Source: an uncultured Chryseobacterium sp.
GTDB taxonomy: Bacteria; Bacteroidota; Bacteroidia; UBA10329
Direction of reading: 5' to 3'
Assembly: GCA_964500205.1 (NCBI GenBank)
Contig: CAZCNS010000004.1
Span: 98,260 to 162,259 of the forward strand
DNA: 64,000 bases
Below are positions 27,006-35,108 of this stretch, piece after piece; the first letter of the stretch is position 1; each line of letters begins with the position of its first letter. Below the pieces are notes generated by a model. It had not been told where the DNA came from, ran no database searches, and worked only from the letters and a program-made list of their open reading frames with translations. A program made the position numbers and the translations under genes.

Positions 27006-27431
27006 TCATTTGAACATGTCCTCAAATTCTGCTTTGGTCAGAATATTCAGTCGTTTGAACTTTTCTTCGAGACGGGCTTTCTCCTGAAGAATGTGTCTGT
27101 CCCCACTTGTTATAAAGCCGCTGTTGGTCTGGAGGGCAAGGGCGACCACATAATCATCGTCCCTATCGGCAGGGATATACCTTTTGATGGGCGGCTTGAG
27201 TGCGAACGGGATGGTGTTGTCTCGGATGAAGCGCAGTGCATAGCTCCTATTCACACCGTACTTCTCAAGGTGCGGATAAGCGAGCACCCTGCGAATTTCG
27301 GTCAGCAGTTCCTCACAGCAGAAAATTGCAATTCGATGTTCGGCAATGATCTGCAACAGGGTCTCTTCCTGCCTTCCGATGAGGTAACTAACCCATACGT
27401 TTGCATCCAACACGAACCTGTCCTTACGCAT
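27006..27431 (-). CDS. PIN-domain toxin (TIGR00305-like toxin-antitoxin PIN family)
   Basis: About 141 aa from the internal ATG MRKDRFVLDANVWVSYL. Acidic PIN residues are present. Its start overlaps the upstream small gene. Confidence 0.65.
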   Translation of the reverse strand: MRKDRFVLDANVWVSYLIGRQEETLLQIIAEHRIAIFCCEELLTEIRRVLAYPHLEKYGVNRSYALRFIRDNTIPFALKPPIKRYIPADRDDDYVVALALQTNSGFITSGDRHILQEKARLEEKFKRLNILTKAEFEDMFK

Positions 27432-27642
27432 CCGCTTGGCGCGACAGGTGTTTGATACGGTCAATCTCTTCCAATGAAGGCGCGCTCAGACCTTTGGGCA
27501 TAGCTGTTCTGTCAGGGATGCCATCACTCAGGAGCTTCCTCGCACGGAGGCTTATAAGCAGGGCCTGCTGCTGCTCATTGCTCATGGCTTTCAGTTCAAC
27601 CATCAGCTCCTTGAGCATCATATCAGTATCAGAGGTGGGCAT
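27424..27642 (-). CDS. Putative antitoxin partner of the PIN toxin
   Basis: 72 aa small helical protein whose 3' end overlaps the PIN gene start, as is typical for TA operons. No family assigned. Confidence 0.45.
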   Translation of the reverse strand: MPTSDTDMMLKELMVELKAMSNEQQQALLISLRARKLLSDGIPDRTAMPKGLSAPSLEEIDRIKHLSRQADA

Positions 27643-27832
27643 ATCCAGTCAGTTGTCAAGCAAAATTACACAGATTCGTTCTTCAACATCAGACACTGCT
27701 GTCCAGGGCAGGCGAACTGGGTGGGGTGATGTGTACGGAGCACAATTCATAGATGTGGATCACGCGTGCATAATTTGCAACATTCATTTTTCATATATAA
27801 CAGTAAATCAGATGTTAATGTTATTTCAATCC

Positions 27833-27872
27833 CCGTAAATCATCAGTTTAACTGACGATTTACGGGGTTGAA
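27833..27872. promoter_or_regulatory. 36-40-bp palindrome CCCCGTAAATCATCAGTT|AACTGACGATTTACGGGG immediately upstream of the second DUF4143 ATPase gene
   Basis: The arms are reverse-complementary with one mismatch. The element sits at the 5' end of the 27868 ORF, before the alternative start at 27919. Confidence 0.5.
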
Positions 27873-29076
27873 TTTTTCTATCTTTGCGGCCGTCATGGCA
27901 CTAACGAGGATATTTGATATGCGGCTGTTGAAGCTGCTCCGGACCTTCCCGGCTGTGGGCCTGATAGGTCCGAGGCAGGCAGGCAAGACCACGGCTGCCA
28001 AACTGGTGCAGCGTCAACTGAAAAAGCCGGCCATCTATCTCGACCTCGAAAGTCCGTCTGATTTCCGCAGATTCTCCGACCCCGAGCTGTTCCTCACAGA
28101 GCTGGAGGACACCTGCGTCATCATTGACGAGGTGCAGCGGATGCCCGAGCTTTTCCCACTGCTGCGCTCACTGATAGACCGCAACCGTAAGCCCGGACGG
28201 TTCCTGCTGCTGGGTTCGGCCTCGCCTGAGCTGGTAGCGGGCGTGAGCGAGTCGCTGGCGGGGCGTATCAGCTATCTGGAGGCGCATCCCTTCCATATCC
28301 TCGAACTTCCCGACCGTCCGACAACGCAGCGGAAACACTGGTTCCGTGGCGGATTCCCCGATGCGTGGAAGGCCCGCAGCGATGATGCTCGTTTCGAGTG
28401 GACGGACAACTTCGTGCGGACGTTCGTGGAGCGCGACCTCAACATGCTCTTCGGTACATCATTCTCCCCTCAGGTGATGTTCCGCCTCTGGCGAATGTTG
28501 GCACATCACCATGGAGGGGCGTGGAACGCGCAGTCCATCGCCAAGGCACTTGACATGAGCCCGACCACGGTGAACCGCTACGTGGATTTCCTCGAAGGGG
28601 CGTTCATGCTGCGCAGGCTCGCGCCCTACCACGCCAACACCCGCAAACGCCTGAGCAAGACACCGAAGGTCTATGTGCGTGACAGCGGGCTGCTGCACTA
28701 CCTGCTCGACATCAACCGGGCGGCCGATCTGCTCTCGCACCCATCGGTGGGGCATTCGTGGGAAGGGCATGTCATCGAGCAGATCATCGCCCTGCTGCCA
28801 AGGACAATACAACCGTTCTACTACCGCACCCATGACGGGGCGGAAATGGACCTGGTGCTGGTGAAAGGGGTCGCCCCGATAGCCTCCATCGAGGTGAAGC
28901 TGACGCTCTCGCCCACCGTGACGCGCGGGATGCGGGAAAGCATCAAAGACCTGGGCACAGCGCAGAACTTCATCATCACCCCGCAGGATTCGCCTTCCTA
29001 CCCCATCGCTGACGATATCCGTGTATTGGGGCTGCGGGAGTTCGTCACCACGCTGCTCCCGAAGTTGGTGAAATGA
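27868..29076 (+). CDS. AAA+ ATPase, DUF4143 family (second copy; diverged paralogue)
   Basis: Walker A LIGPRQAGKTT and Walker B IIDEVQ. The alternative start MRLLKLL at 27919 lies downstream of the palindrome. Confidence 0.8.
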   Translation: MNFSIFAAVMALTRIFDMRLLKLLRTFPAVGLIGPRQAGKTTAAKLVQRQLKKPAIYLDLESPSDFRRFSDPELFLTELEDTCVIIDEVQRMPELFPLLRSLIDRNRKPGRFLLLGSASPELVAGVSESLAGRISYLEAHPFHILELPDRPTTQRKHWFRGGFPDAWKARSDDARFEWTDNFVRTFVERDLNMLFGTSFSPQVMFRLWRMLAHHHGGAWNAQSIAKALDMSPTTVNRYVDFLEGAFMLRRLAPYHANTRKRLSKTPKVYVRDSGLLHYLLDINRAADLLSHPSVGHSWEGHVIEQIIALLPRTIQPFYYRTHDGAEMDLVLVKGVAPIASIEVKLTLSPTVTRGMRESIKDLGTAQNFIITPQDSPSYPIADDIRVLGLREFVTTLLPKLVK

Positions 29077-29245
29077 TACCGCTGAACAACTTGAAGAGCA
29101 ATCCACAGCGACCGCATCCTGCCAACCACCTCGCGGAGGCGATTCAATATCGGAGTTTGGACAGGGCGAACCGGGCGGGGTGAAAAACAAACCCCGACAC
29201 CGCCTCAAGGACAGGGTCGGGGAAAGTTCTGAATTTTGGCAGCTA

Positions 29246-29587
29246 TCAGGCTGCCTGAAGAGATTGACGGAAGTCCTTCTTGTACGCCCTCCCGATCGGA
29301 ATGCTGAACCTCATGTCGCGCTCCATCATCTCGATATTGTTCCCTCGAACGAAACCTATCTTGTCCAGATTCACGATGAACGACCGGTGCGAACGTGCGA
29401 AACGCTCGGCAGGAAGTTTCTCCTCCAGTTCCTTCATGGTGCAGAGGGTGATGTGTTTGCCAGAGGTGGTCTTGACGATCACATAGTCCGCCAAAGCCTT
29501 GATAAAAAGGATGTCATCGAATGCTACGGACACTGACTCATAGTTTGCACGGATCACGATGCGTTCGCGTTTCATGTCGGTTCTCAT
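29246..29587 (-). CDS. LytTR-family DNA-binding domain protein (stand-alone)
   Basis: 113 aa. The ...DDILFIKALADYVIVKTTSGKHITLCTMKELEEKLPAERFARSHRSFIVNLDKI pattern is a canonical LytTR domain. Confidence 0.8.
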   Translation of the reverse strand: MRTDMKRERIVIRANYESVSVAFDDILFIKALADYVIVKTTSGKHITLCTMKELEEKLPAERFARSHRSFIVNLDKIGFVRGNNIEMMERDMRFSIPIGRAYKKDFRQSLQAA

Positions 29588-29742
29588 GGCATTGGGGCTT
29601 GAGGTTAATTACTGTGAGTGTTTACCCGCTGATGCCGCTGCCGTTCAGAAATTTAGACGAACGACCGCTTTTCTCCGTTGGATATGACCATGGCTTTCGA
29701 TGACCAAGAGCTGCTGATGATGCCCAAAGCGGTTTCATACCT

Positions 29743-31797
29743 TTGCAACCCTTCTTCAGGACGAACGCCATCCGACAACATTTCCATCTGGTCGCATTGA
29801 ATCTCTTGGCGCATCGCATCGCAATTGTTCTGTTTCTGCTCTCAGTGGTCTGGGGAGATGCCTCAGCACAGGGCAAACTCATCATCAACGGACTGGTGAC
29901 CAAGGAGGGTGCACCTCTGGCCGAGGCGGAGATCAAGATCTTCAAGGCCACAGGAGGACTGATGTACTCCTATGCCAACAATGCAGGCAAGTTCCGCACG
30001 TCATTGGGCCTCAACGATGAGTACATCATCAGTGTGACAGAGCCCGGGTACGCTACGCACTCCATGACCATACTTACCGAACTGCCCAATGGAAAGGACG
30101 GCCAGTACGAGCAGAGCATCACCCTCGACCTGCAGCGTATGCGTAAGGACAAGGATGGCAAGGATATCCGTGAGGAGCTGGCAGGGGGCATCATGTTCAA
30201 TGAGGCCACAGGCGACTTCGTGACCGTGACCCGCGACATCAGCCGATTGAAGGAAGATATCGCCATGGCCGAGGAAGCTGCCAAGCGAAGGAAGGAGGCT
30301 CAGGAGAAAGCGATGGCAAGGGCGCGCGAGCAGGCACGCCTCGATTCCATTGCCAACGTGCAGGAACAGGCCCGTCTCGATTCCATCGCCAATGCAGAGC
30401 GTCTGCTTGCAGAGTTGGCAGTCGCCAAGGAGAAGGCACGCCTCGATTCGCTCGCTGCCGTGGAAGCCCATCTTGCCAAGATGAAGGAGAAACTACTGGC
30501 AAAGGAACGCGAGACCAAGGCTGAGCAGGCCAAGCTCGATTCACTGGCCAATGCCGAGCGCGAGCGCAAAAGGATCGAGGCCATGAAAGCAGCTCAGGCC
30601 GATTCGGCATCCCTGGCCGAACAGGCCGCACTTGATGCCGCAGCAACTGCCCGAAAAGCCAGAGAAGACTCCATCGCAGCGGCAAAGGAGGCAGAGAGGC
30701 AGGCCGCCCTGCTCGCCAAGGAAATGGATGCACAGCGCAAGAAGGCCATGGCCGACAGTATTGCGGCAGCCAAGGAGGCTGAAAAACAGGCTGCCCTGCT
30801 TGCCAAAGAGCTGGAAGCACAGCGCAAGAAGGCCGAGGCCGACTCGCTCCTTGCACTCAAGGATGCGGAGAAATATGCCGCAGAAAAGGCCAAAGAGGCC
30901 GAGCAGCAGCGCAAACAGGCCATTGCCGACAGCCTTGCGGCTATCAAGGAAGCTGAGAGACAGGCCGCACTCCTCGCCAAGGAATTGGAGGCACAGCGTA
31001 AGAAGGCGGAAGCCGACTCTCTCCTCGCTGTGAAGGAAGCAGAGAAAGCTGCGGCCAACAAGGCAAGAGAACTTGAGGAGCAACGTAAGAAAGCAGTCGC
31101 TGACAGTTTGGCCGCCATCAAGGAGGCAGAGAGGCAGGCCGCACTCCTCGCCAAGGAACTTGAGAACCAGCGGAAGAAGGTGGTTGCGGACAGCATTGCA
31201 GCAGTGCGTGAGGCAGAGCGCTTGGCCAAGGAGCAGGAACGCCTCGCCATTGAGGCGCAGAAAAAAGCCGTTGCAGACAGCGTGGCCGCTGTAAGAGAAG
31301 CAGAAAGGCTTGCACAAGAGGAGCTCAGGCTTGCGGCAGAGGCTCGCAGGAAGGCTGTGGCTGACAGTATAGCCGAAGCCGCCCGTCAGCTACAAATGGC
31401 AGAGCAGGCGCAAGCCGATTCCATTGCACAGGCTCGTGAAACAGCGAGGCTGGAACGTCTTCGAGAACAGGAGGAGGCTGAGAAGGCGGCAGCCGAGGCC
31501 GAGCGGCAGCGCAAGGAGGCCATCGCGGCAGAGCGCAAGGCTGAGGAACAACGCGTTCGTGAGCAGCGAAAGGTCAACTCCATCCGTGAAAAGACCACCA
31601 CTGAACCCAATGGTCGTATCACGGTAGTGACCCAAACCGACATCTATGGTGTCAAGGCTACCTACAAGCGGGTCACTCAGAGTTGGGGCGAGACCTACTA
31701 CTACAAGGGCGAGGCCATCATCTCCGAGGGTATATACCGCACAGAGCTGGAGACGGCAAGGGCAGAGGTCAACCCCGAGAACATCATCGTAGAGTGA
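29743..31797 (+). CDS. Secreted/anchored protein with N-terminal CarbopepD_reg-like domain and a long coiled-coil built from ~9 tandem 29-aa repeats (ADSIAAxKEAERQAALLAKELEAQRKKA)
   Basis: Signal-like hydrophobic N-terminus. The repeat unit is 87 bp at DNA level and is tandemly repeated across about 30290-31450. A C-terminal beta-rich domain follows. Confidence 0.65.
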   Translation: MQPFFRTNAIRQHFHLVALNLLAHRIAIVLFLLSVVWGDASAQGKLIINGLVTKEGAPLAEAEIKIFKATGGLMYSYANNAGKFRTSLGLNDEYIISVTEPGYATHSMTILTELPNGKDGQYEQSITLDLQRMRKDKDGKDIREELAGGIMFNEATGDFVTVTRDISRLKEDIAMAEEAAKRRKEAQEKAMARAREQARLDSIANVQEQARLDSIANAERLLAELAVAKEKARLDSLAAVEAHLAKMKEKLLAKERETKAEQAKLDSLANAERERKRIEAMKAAQADSASLAEQAALDAAATARKAREDSIAAAKEAERQAALLAKEMDAQRKKAMADSIAAAKEAEKQAALLAKELEAQRKKAEADSLLALKDAEKYAAEKAKEAEQQRKQAIADSLAAIKEAERQAALLAKELEAQRKKAEADSLLAVKEAEKAAANKARELEEQRKKAVADSLAAIKEAERQAALLAKELENQRKKVVADSIAAVREAERLAKEQERLAIEAQKKAVADSVAAVREAERLAQEELRLAAEARRKAVADSIAEAARQLQMAEQAQADSIAQARETARLERLREQEEAEKAAAEAERQRKEAIAAERKAEEQRVREQRKVNSIREKTTTEPNGRITVVTQTDIYGVKATYKRVTQSWGETYYYKGEAIISEGIYRTELETARAEVNPENIIVE

Positions 31798-31809
31798 TGG
31801 AGGGCGCGA

Positions 31810-32658
31810 TCAGCATCGCGCCAGCATCCATTCGGTCAGCAGTTGGAATACCTGCGTCTGCTCTGGTTCGTTGTGACATTCGTGGAAAAGACCTTCCCAG
31901 GAGTGCCATGTCACATCGCCTTTCACTTTTGAGGCAAACTCCTTCGATGCATCGTGCGATGTGAGCCTGTCGGCAGTGCCGTGGTAAATGAGAAGCGGCA
32001 GTTCCATTCTGCCTGCGTTGTCGAGTGCCCATTGGGCTGCATCCTCTATCTCCACGAAGAAACCCGGAGTGATGCGGCCATGGACCAACGGGTCTTTCAG
32101 GTAGGTGTCAACCACGGCCTTGTCTCGGCTTATGGCGGTAGCATCGAGGTTGGTGGGCTGCCCCAGCGATGGCAGCAGTCCTTTCACCAATCTTGCAAGC
32201 TTCACCTGAATAGCAGGTGGGGTGAACGCCAACCGCAGATAGGGGGCCGATGCGATGATTCCGTTCACCTTGGGCTTGCGGATGAGCGCATGGTTCAGCA
32301 CCACGTTGCCGCCCATGCTGTGGCCCATCAGGAACTTCGGTGCTGAGGGTGCGAGTCTGGACATCTCATCCAACAACTGGTCTACACCGTCCAGCAGATG
32401 CCCTACGGAAGGAGTATGACCCCGCTGCCCAGTGCTCCTGCCATGGCCGCGATGGTCGTAAGCCACCACGCTGATGCCTGCTGCGTTCATGGCTTCGGCC
32501 ACATGAGCATAGCGGCTGCTGTGCTCTCCCATGCCGTGTACTATACCGAGCACGTCCTTGGGCTCATTCACGGTCCAAGATTGGGCGAATAGGGTAAGTC
32601 CCTCACGGGTCTTCCATTGGGTGGTGCTGTGTGCCATGCGCTTCGAGGTTTTGCCCAA
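31810..32658 (-). CDS. Alpha/beta hydrolase (lysophospholipase/monoacylglycerol-lipase-like)
   Basis: HGMGEHSSRY, GHSMGG nucleophile elbow, and C-terminal His region. Confidence 0.8.
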   Translation of the reverse strand: MGKTSKRMAHSTTQWKTREGLTLFAQSWTVNEPKDVLGIVHGMGEHSSRYAHVAEAMNAAGISVVAYDHRGHGRSTGQRGHTPSVGHLLDGVDQLLDEMSRLAPSAPKFLMGHSMGGNVVLNHALIRKPKVNGIIASAPYLRLAFTPPAIQVKLARLVKGLLPSLGQPTNLDATAISRDKAVVDTYLKDPLVHGRITPGFFVEIEDAAQWALDNAGRMELPLLIYHGTADRLTSHDASKEFASKVKGDVTWHSWEGLFHECHNEPEQTQVFQLLTEWMLARC

Positions 32659-32689
32659 AAATAGGCTGAACGAAGGCTATCTTCGCCCC

Positions 32690-32839
32690 ATGTCTATCTG
32701 GCGCGTACTGCTGTGTATCATCTTCCCGCCCCTTGCGGTCATTGACAAGGGCTGCGGCTCTGTGCTCATCGTGGTGCTGCTCACCCTCGCGGGCTGGGTG
32801 CCGGGCGTCATTGGTGCGCTGGTCATCAACAAGAAGTAG
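32690..32839 (+). CDS. YqaE/Pmp3 (UPF0057) family small stress-responsive membrane protein
   Basis: 49 aa from the internal ATG: MSIWRVLLCIIFPPLAVIDKGCGSVLIVVLLTLAGWVPGVIGALVINKK, a textbook Pmp3 signature. Confidence 0.75.
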   Translation: MSIWRVLLCIIFPPLAVIDKGCGSVLIVVLLTLAGWVPGVIGALVINKK

Positions 32840-32869
32840 AGGCCCGTTGCCGGCCCGTACCTTTGCCGC

Positions 32870-33526
32870 ATGTGGCAGCACGTGCGTACCCTATTTCTCA
32901 AGGAATTCCGTTTGGAGCTGCGCAACCGGTATGCGCTCAACGGCATTCTGCTCTATGTGGTGAGCACCGTTTTTGTCTGCTATCTCAGCTTCAAGCAGGT
33001 CGTTAGCGCACCCGTTTGGAATGCGCTTTTCTGGGTCATCATGCTGTTCGCTGCGCTGAATGCCGTGGGGCGGTCGTTCGTGCAGGAGGGCCGTGGGCGG
33101 ATGCTCTACTACTATTCCGTCATCGGGCCGCAGGCGTTCGTGCTGGCCAAGATGCTCTACAATGCCCTGCTGATGGCTGTCATCGGGGTGCTGGCCTACG
33201 TCATCTATGCGTGGTGGATAGGCGACATGGTGCAGGACCACGGCATGTTCGTCCTCGCGCTGGTGTTGGGCAGCGTGGGCTTCGCGGGGATCCTCACGCT
33301 CATGTCGGCCATCGCGGCCAAGACGGACAACAACCTCAGCCTGATGGCCATTCTCAGCTTCCCTGTGCAGCTGCCGTTCCTGCTCACCCTCATCAAACTC
33401 TCGAAGAACGCGGTCGATGGCCTCGAACCTTCTGTCAGCTACCCGCTCATCGGGATCCTTGCGCTGCTGCTGGTGATCATCATCACCCTCAGCCTGCTGT
33501 TGTTCCCGTACCTTTGGCGGGATTGA
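32870..33526 (+). CDS. ccmB: Heme exporter protein B (CcmB), ABC permease
   Basis: 218 aa with six TM helices, followed by ccmC, ccmD, ccmE and ccmF. Confidence 0.75.
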   Translation: MWQHVRTLFLKEFRLELRNRYALNGILLYVVSTVFVCYLSFKQVVSAPVWNALFWVIMLFAALNAVGRSFVQEGRGRMLYYYSVIGPQAFVLAKMLYNALLMAVIGVLAYVIYAWWIGDMVQDHGMFVLALVLGSVGFAGILTLMSAIAAKTDNNLSLMAILSFPVQLPFLLTLIKLSKNAVDGLEPSVSYPLIGILALLLVIIITLSLLLFPYLWRD

Positions 33527-33644
33527 TTGTGAAGTGATTTTTTAGCATTTAAGGATGAAGGAAATGGGACGGGGGACGAGGGACGAAGGACGAGAGTGCG
33601 CGGTACGAACCATTTTCAATTTTCAATTTTCCATTCACTGAGTT

Positions 33645-34316
33645 TTGTTCAACGCAAGAATCCTCGGCCTTCATTGGTGGAAATGGCTTGCCATTCTCCT
33701 CATCCTCTTCTCGCTGACAGCGGGGATGCTCATTGATGTGCCTGAACTTCCCATCCTCAACGAGAGCATCCGTAACCTGTTCTACCACGTCACGCAGTGG
33801 TTCGGGATGATGATCATCCTGACGGCATCATTGGTCTATAGCGTCATCCACCTGGTGAAGGGCGACATGCGCAGCGACCGCATCGCAGCAGAGAGCATCA
33901 ATGTGGCCCTGTTCATGGGCGTGCTGGGCATCCTCACGGGCAGCCTGTGGGCCAAGTTCACTTGGGGTGGATGGTGGACCAACGACCCCAAGCTCAACGG
34001 GGTGGCGATGGGAATGCTCGTCTATCTGGCGTACATCGTGCTGCGCGGCAGCATGGACGAGGAGCAGAAGCGCGCCCGCGTGGCGGCCGTCTACAACATC
34101 TTCGCTTACGTGATGTTCATGGTGTTCATCATGGTGCTACCAAGGCTCACGGACAGTCTGCACCCTGGCAACGGGGGCAATCCCGGCTTCGGGGGCTACG
34201 ACCTGAATGACAACATGAAACTGGTGTTCTACCCTGCCATCATCGGGTGGACCCTGCTGGGGGTGTGGCTGGTGAATCTGAGAGTGAGACTCGTAAACTT
34301 GAAAGAGGAAATATGA
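33645..34316 (+). CDS. ccmC: Heme exporter protein C (CcmC)
   Basis: WWD-type tryptophan-rich motif WGGWWTNDPKLNG. Confidence 0.85.
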   Translation: MFNARILGLHWWKWLAILLILFSLTAGMLIDVPELPILNESIRNLFYHVTQWFGMMIILTASLVYSVIHLVKGDMRSDRIAAESINVALFMGVLGILTGSLWAKFTWGGWWTNDPKLNGVAMGMLVYLAYIVLRGSMDEEQKRARVAAVYNIFAYVMFMVFIMVLPRLTDSLHPGNGGNPGFGGYDLNDNMKLVFYPAIIGWTLLGVWLVNLRVRLVNLKEEI

Positions 34317-34555
34317 AAGCTGAAAGTGCGTATCTTTCTGTGAGACAGGGAAAATTGAAAATGGTGTGGAGTCTGCTGGCGTTGCTGATGCCTGTGGTCT
34401 CGTTTGCGCAAGGCGTTGACATGGCAGAGACCATGCGCAGCGAAGGCAAGATATATGTAGTGGTGGGTGTCATCGCCATCATCTTCATGGGTCTGGCTTT
34501 CTACCTCATCGCTCTCGACAGACGCATCTCGAAAATGGAGAATCGTAAACGGTGA
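34313..34555 (+). CDS. ccmD: CcmD-like small membrane protein
   Basis: Small single-TM protein between ccmC and ccmE. The start could be 34313 (4-bp overlap with ccmC) or 34361. Confidence 0.5.
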   Translation: MKAESAYLSVRQGKLKMVWSLLALLMPVVSFAQGVDMAETMRSEGKIYVVVGVIAIIFMGLAFYLIALDRRISKMENRKR

Positions 34556-34658
34556 AACTGAAACTGAAAGATGGGAATAGGGTTGGAAATCACTGGATAT
34601 TTTCTGCTCCCCTTGCCCCATTCGTAAATTCGACCCGCACGTGCGGGACTCGTAATTC

Positions 34659-35075
34659 GTGAATAAAGTGAAACGTACACACATCATCGGCATCATCGTC
34701 ATCGCCATCGCCATCGGAGCCATCATGAGCACGGTGGCAGACAGCAGCACCTACGCCTCATTCGCAGAGGCCATTGATAACCCCGGAAAGGAATACCACG
34801 TGGTGGGCCAGCTGAACAAGGAGGCTGAAATGACCTACAACCCTCAGGTGGACGCGAACCTGTTCTCGTTCTACATGTTGGACAACGAGGGCCGCGAGGA
34901 GCAGGTGCATTTCCATGGGAGCAAGCCGCAGGACTTTGAGCGTTCGGAGCAGGTGGTGCTGGTTGGCCGCTACAATGGTGAGATTTTCGAGGCGAATAAA
35001 ATCCTGATGAAATGCCCCTCCAAGTACGAGGATGGACAGCCGGGCGAGATGAAGGAATTCACGGCTGAGGGCTGA
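34659..35075 (+). CDS. ccmE: Cytochrome c-type biogenesis protein CcmE (heme chaperone)
   Basis: N-terminal TM anchor followed by an OB-fold-sized domain, in position between ccmD and ccmF. Confidence 0.75.
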   Translation: MNKVKRTHIIGIIVIAIAIGAIMSTVADSSTYASFAEAIDNPGKEYHVVGQLNKEAEMTYNPQVDANLFSFYMLDNEGREEQVHFHGSKPQDFERSEQVVLVGRYNGEIFEANKILMKCPSKYEDGQPGEMKEFTAEG

Positions 35076-35108
35076 ACCTAACAACCCATTAAGGGTTAAA
35101 TCTTTTCG

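Larger units (their letters stand above)
26985..29183. mobile_element. Integrase-less cargo islet(s) inserted at the comM 3' end, delimited by three copies of a ~25-80 bp att-like core
   Basis: Core copies: comM 3' end at 26907-26984, a ~25-bp copy at 27692-27721, and a 77-bp copy at 29107-29183 (~88% identity). The distal copy keeps the ComM C-terminal reading frame, with mostly synonymous changes. Cargo is a PIN toxin/antitoxin pair and a DUF4143 ATPase. Confidence 0.6.

Noticed and set aside
30239-31317. Several long ORFs in other frames/strand across the coiled-coil repeat region
   Set aside because: Caused by the 87-bp tandem repeat, which keeps all frames open. Only the plus-strand frame gives a coherent signal-peptide-to-C-terminal-domain protein.
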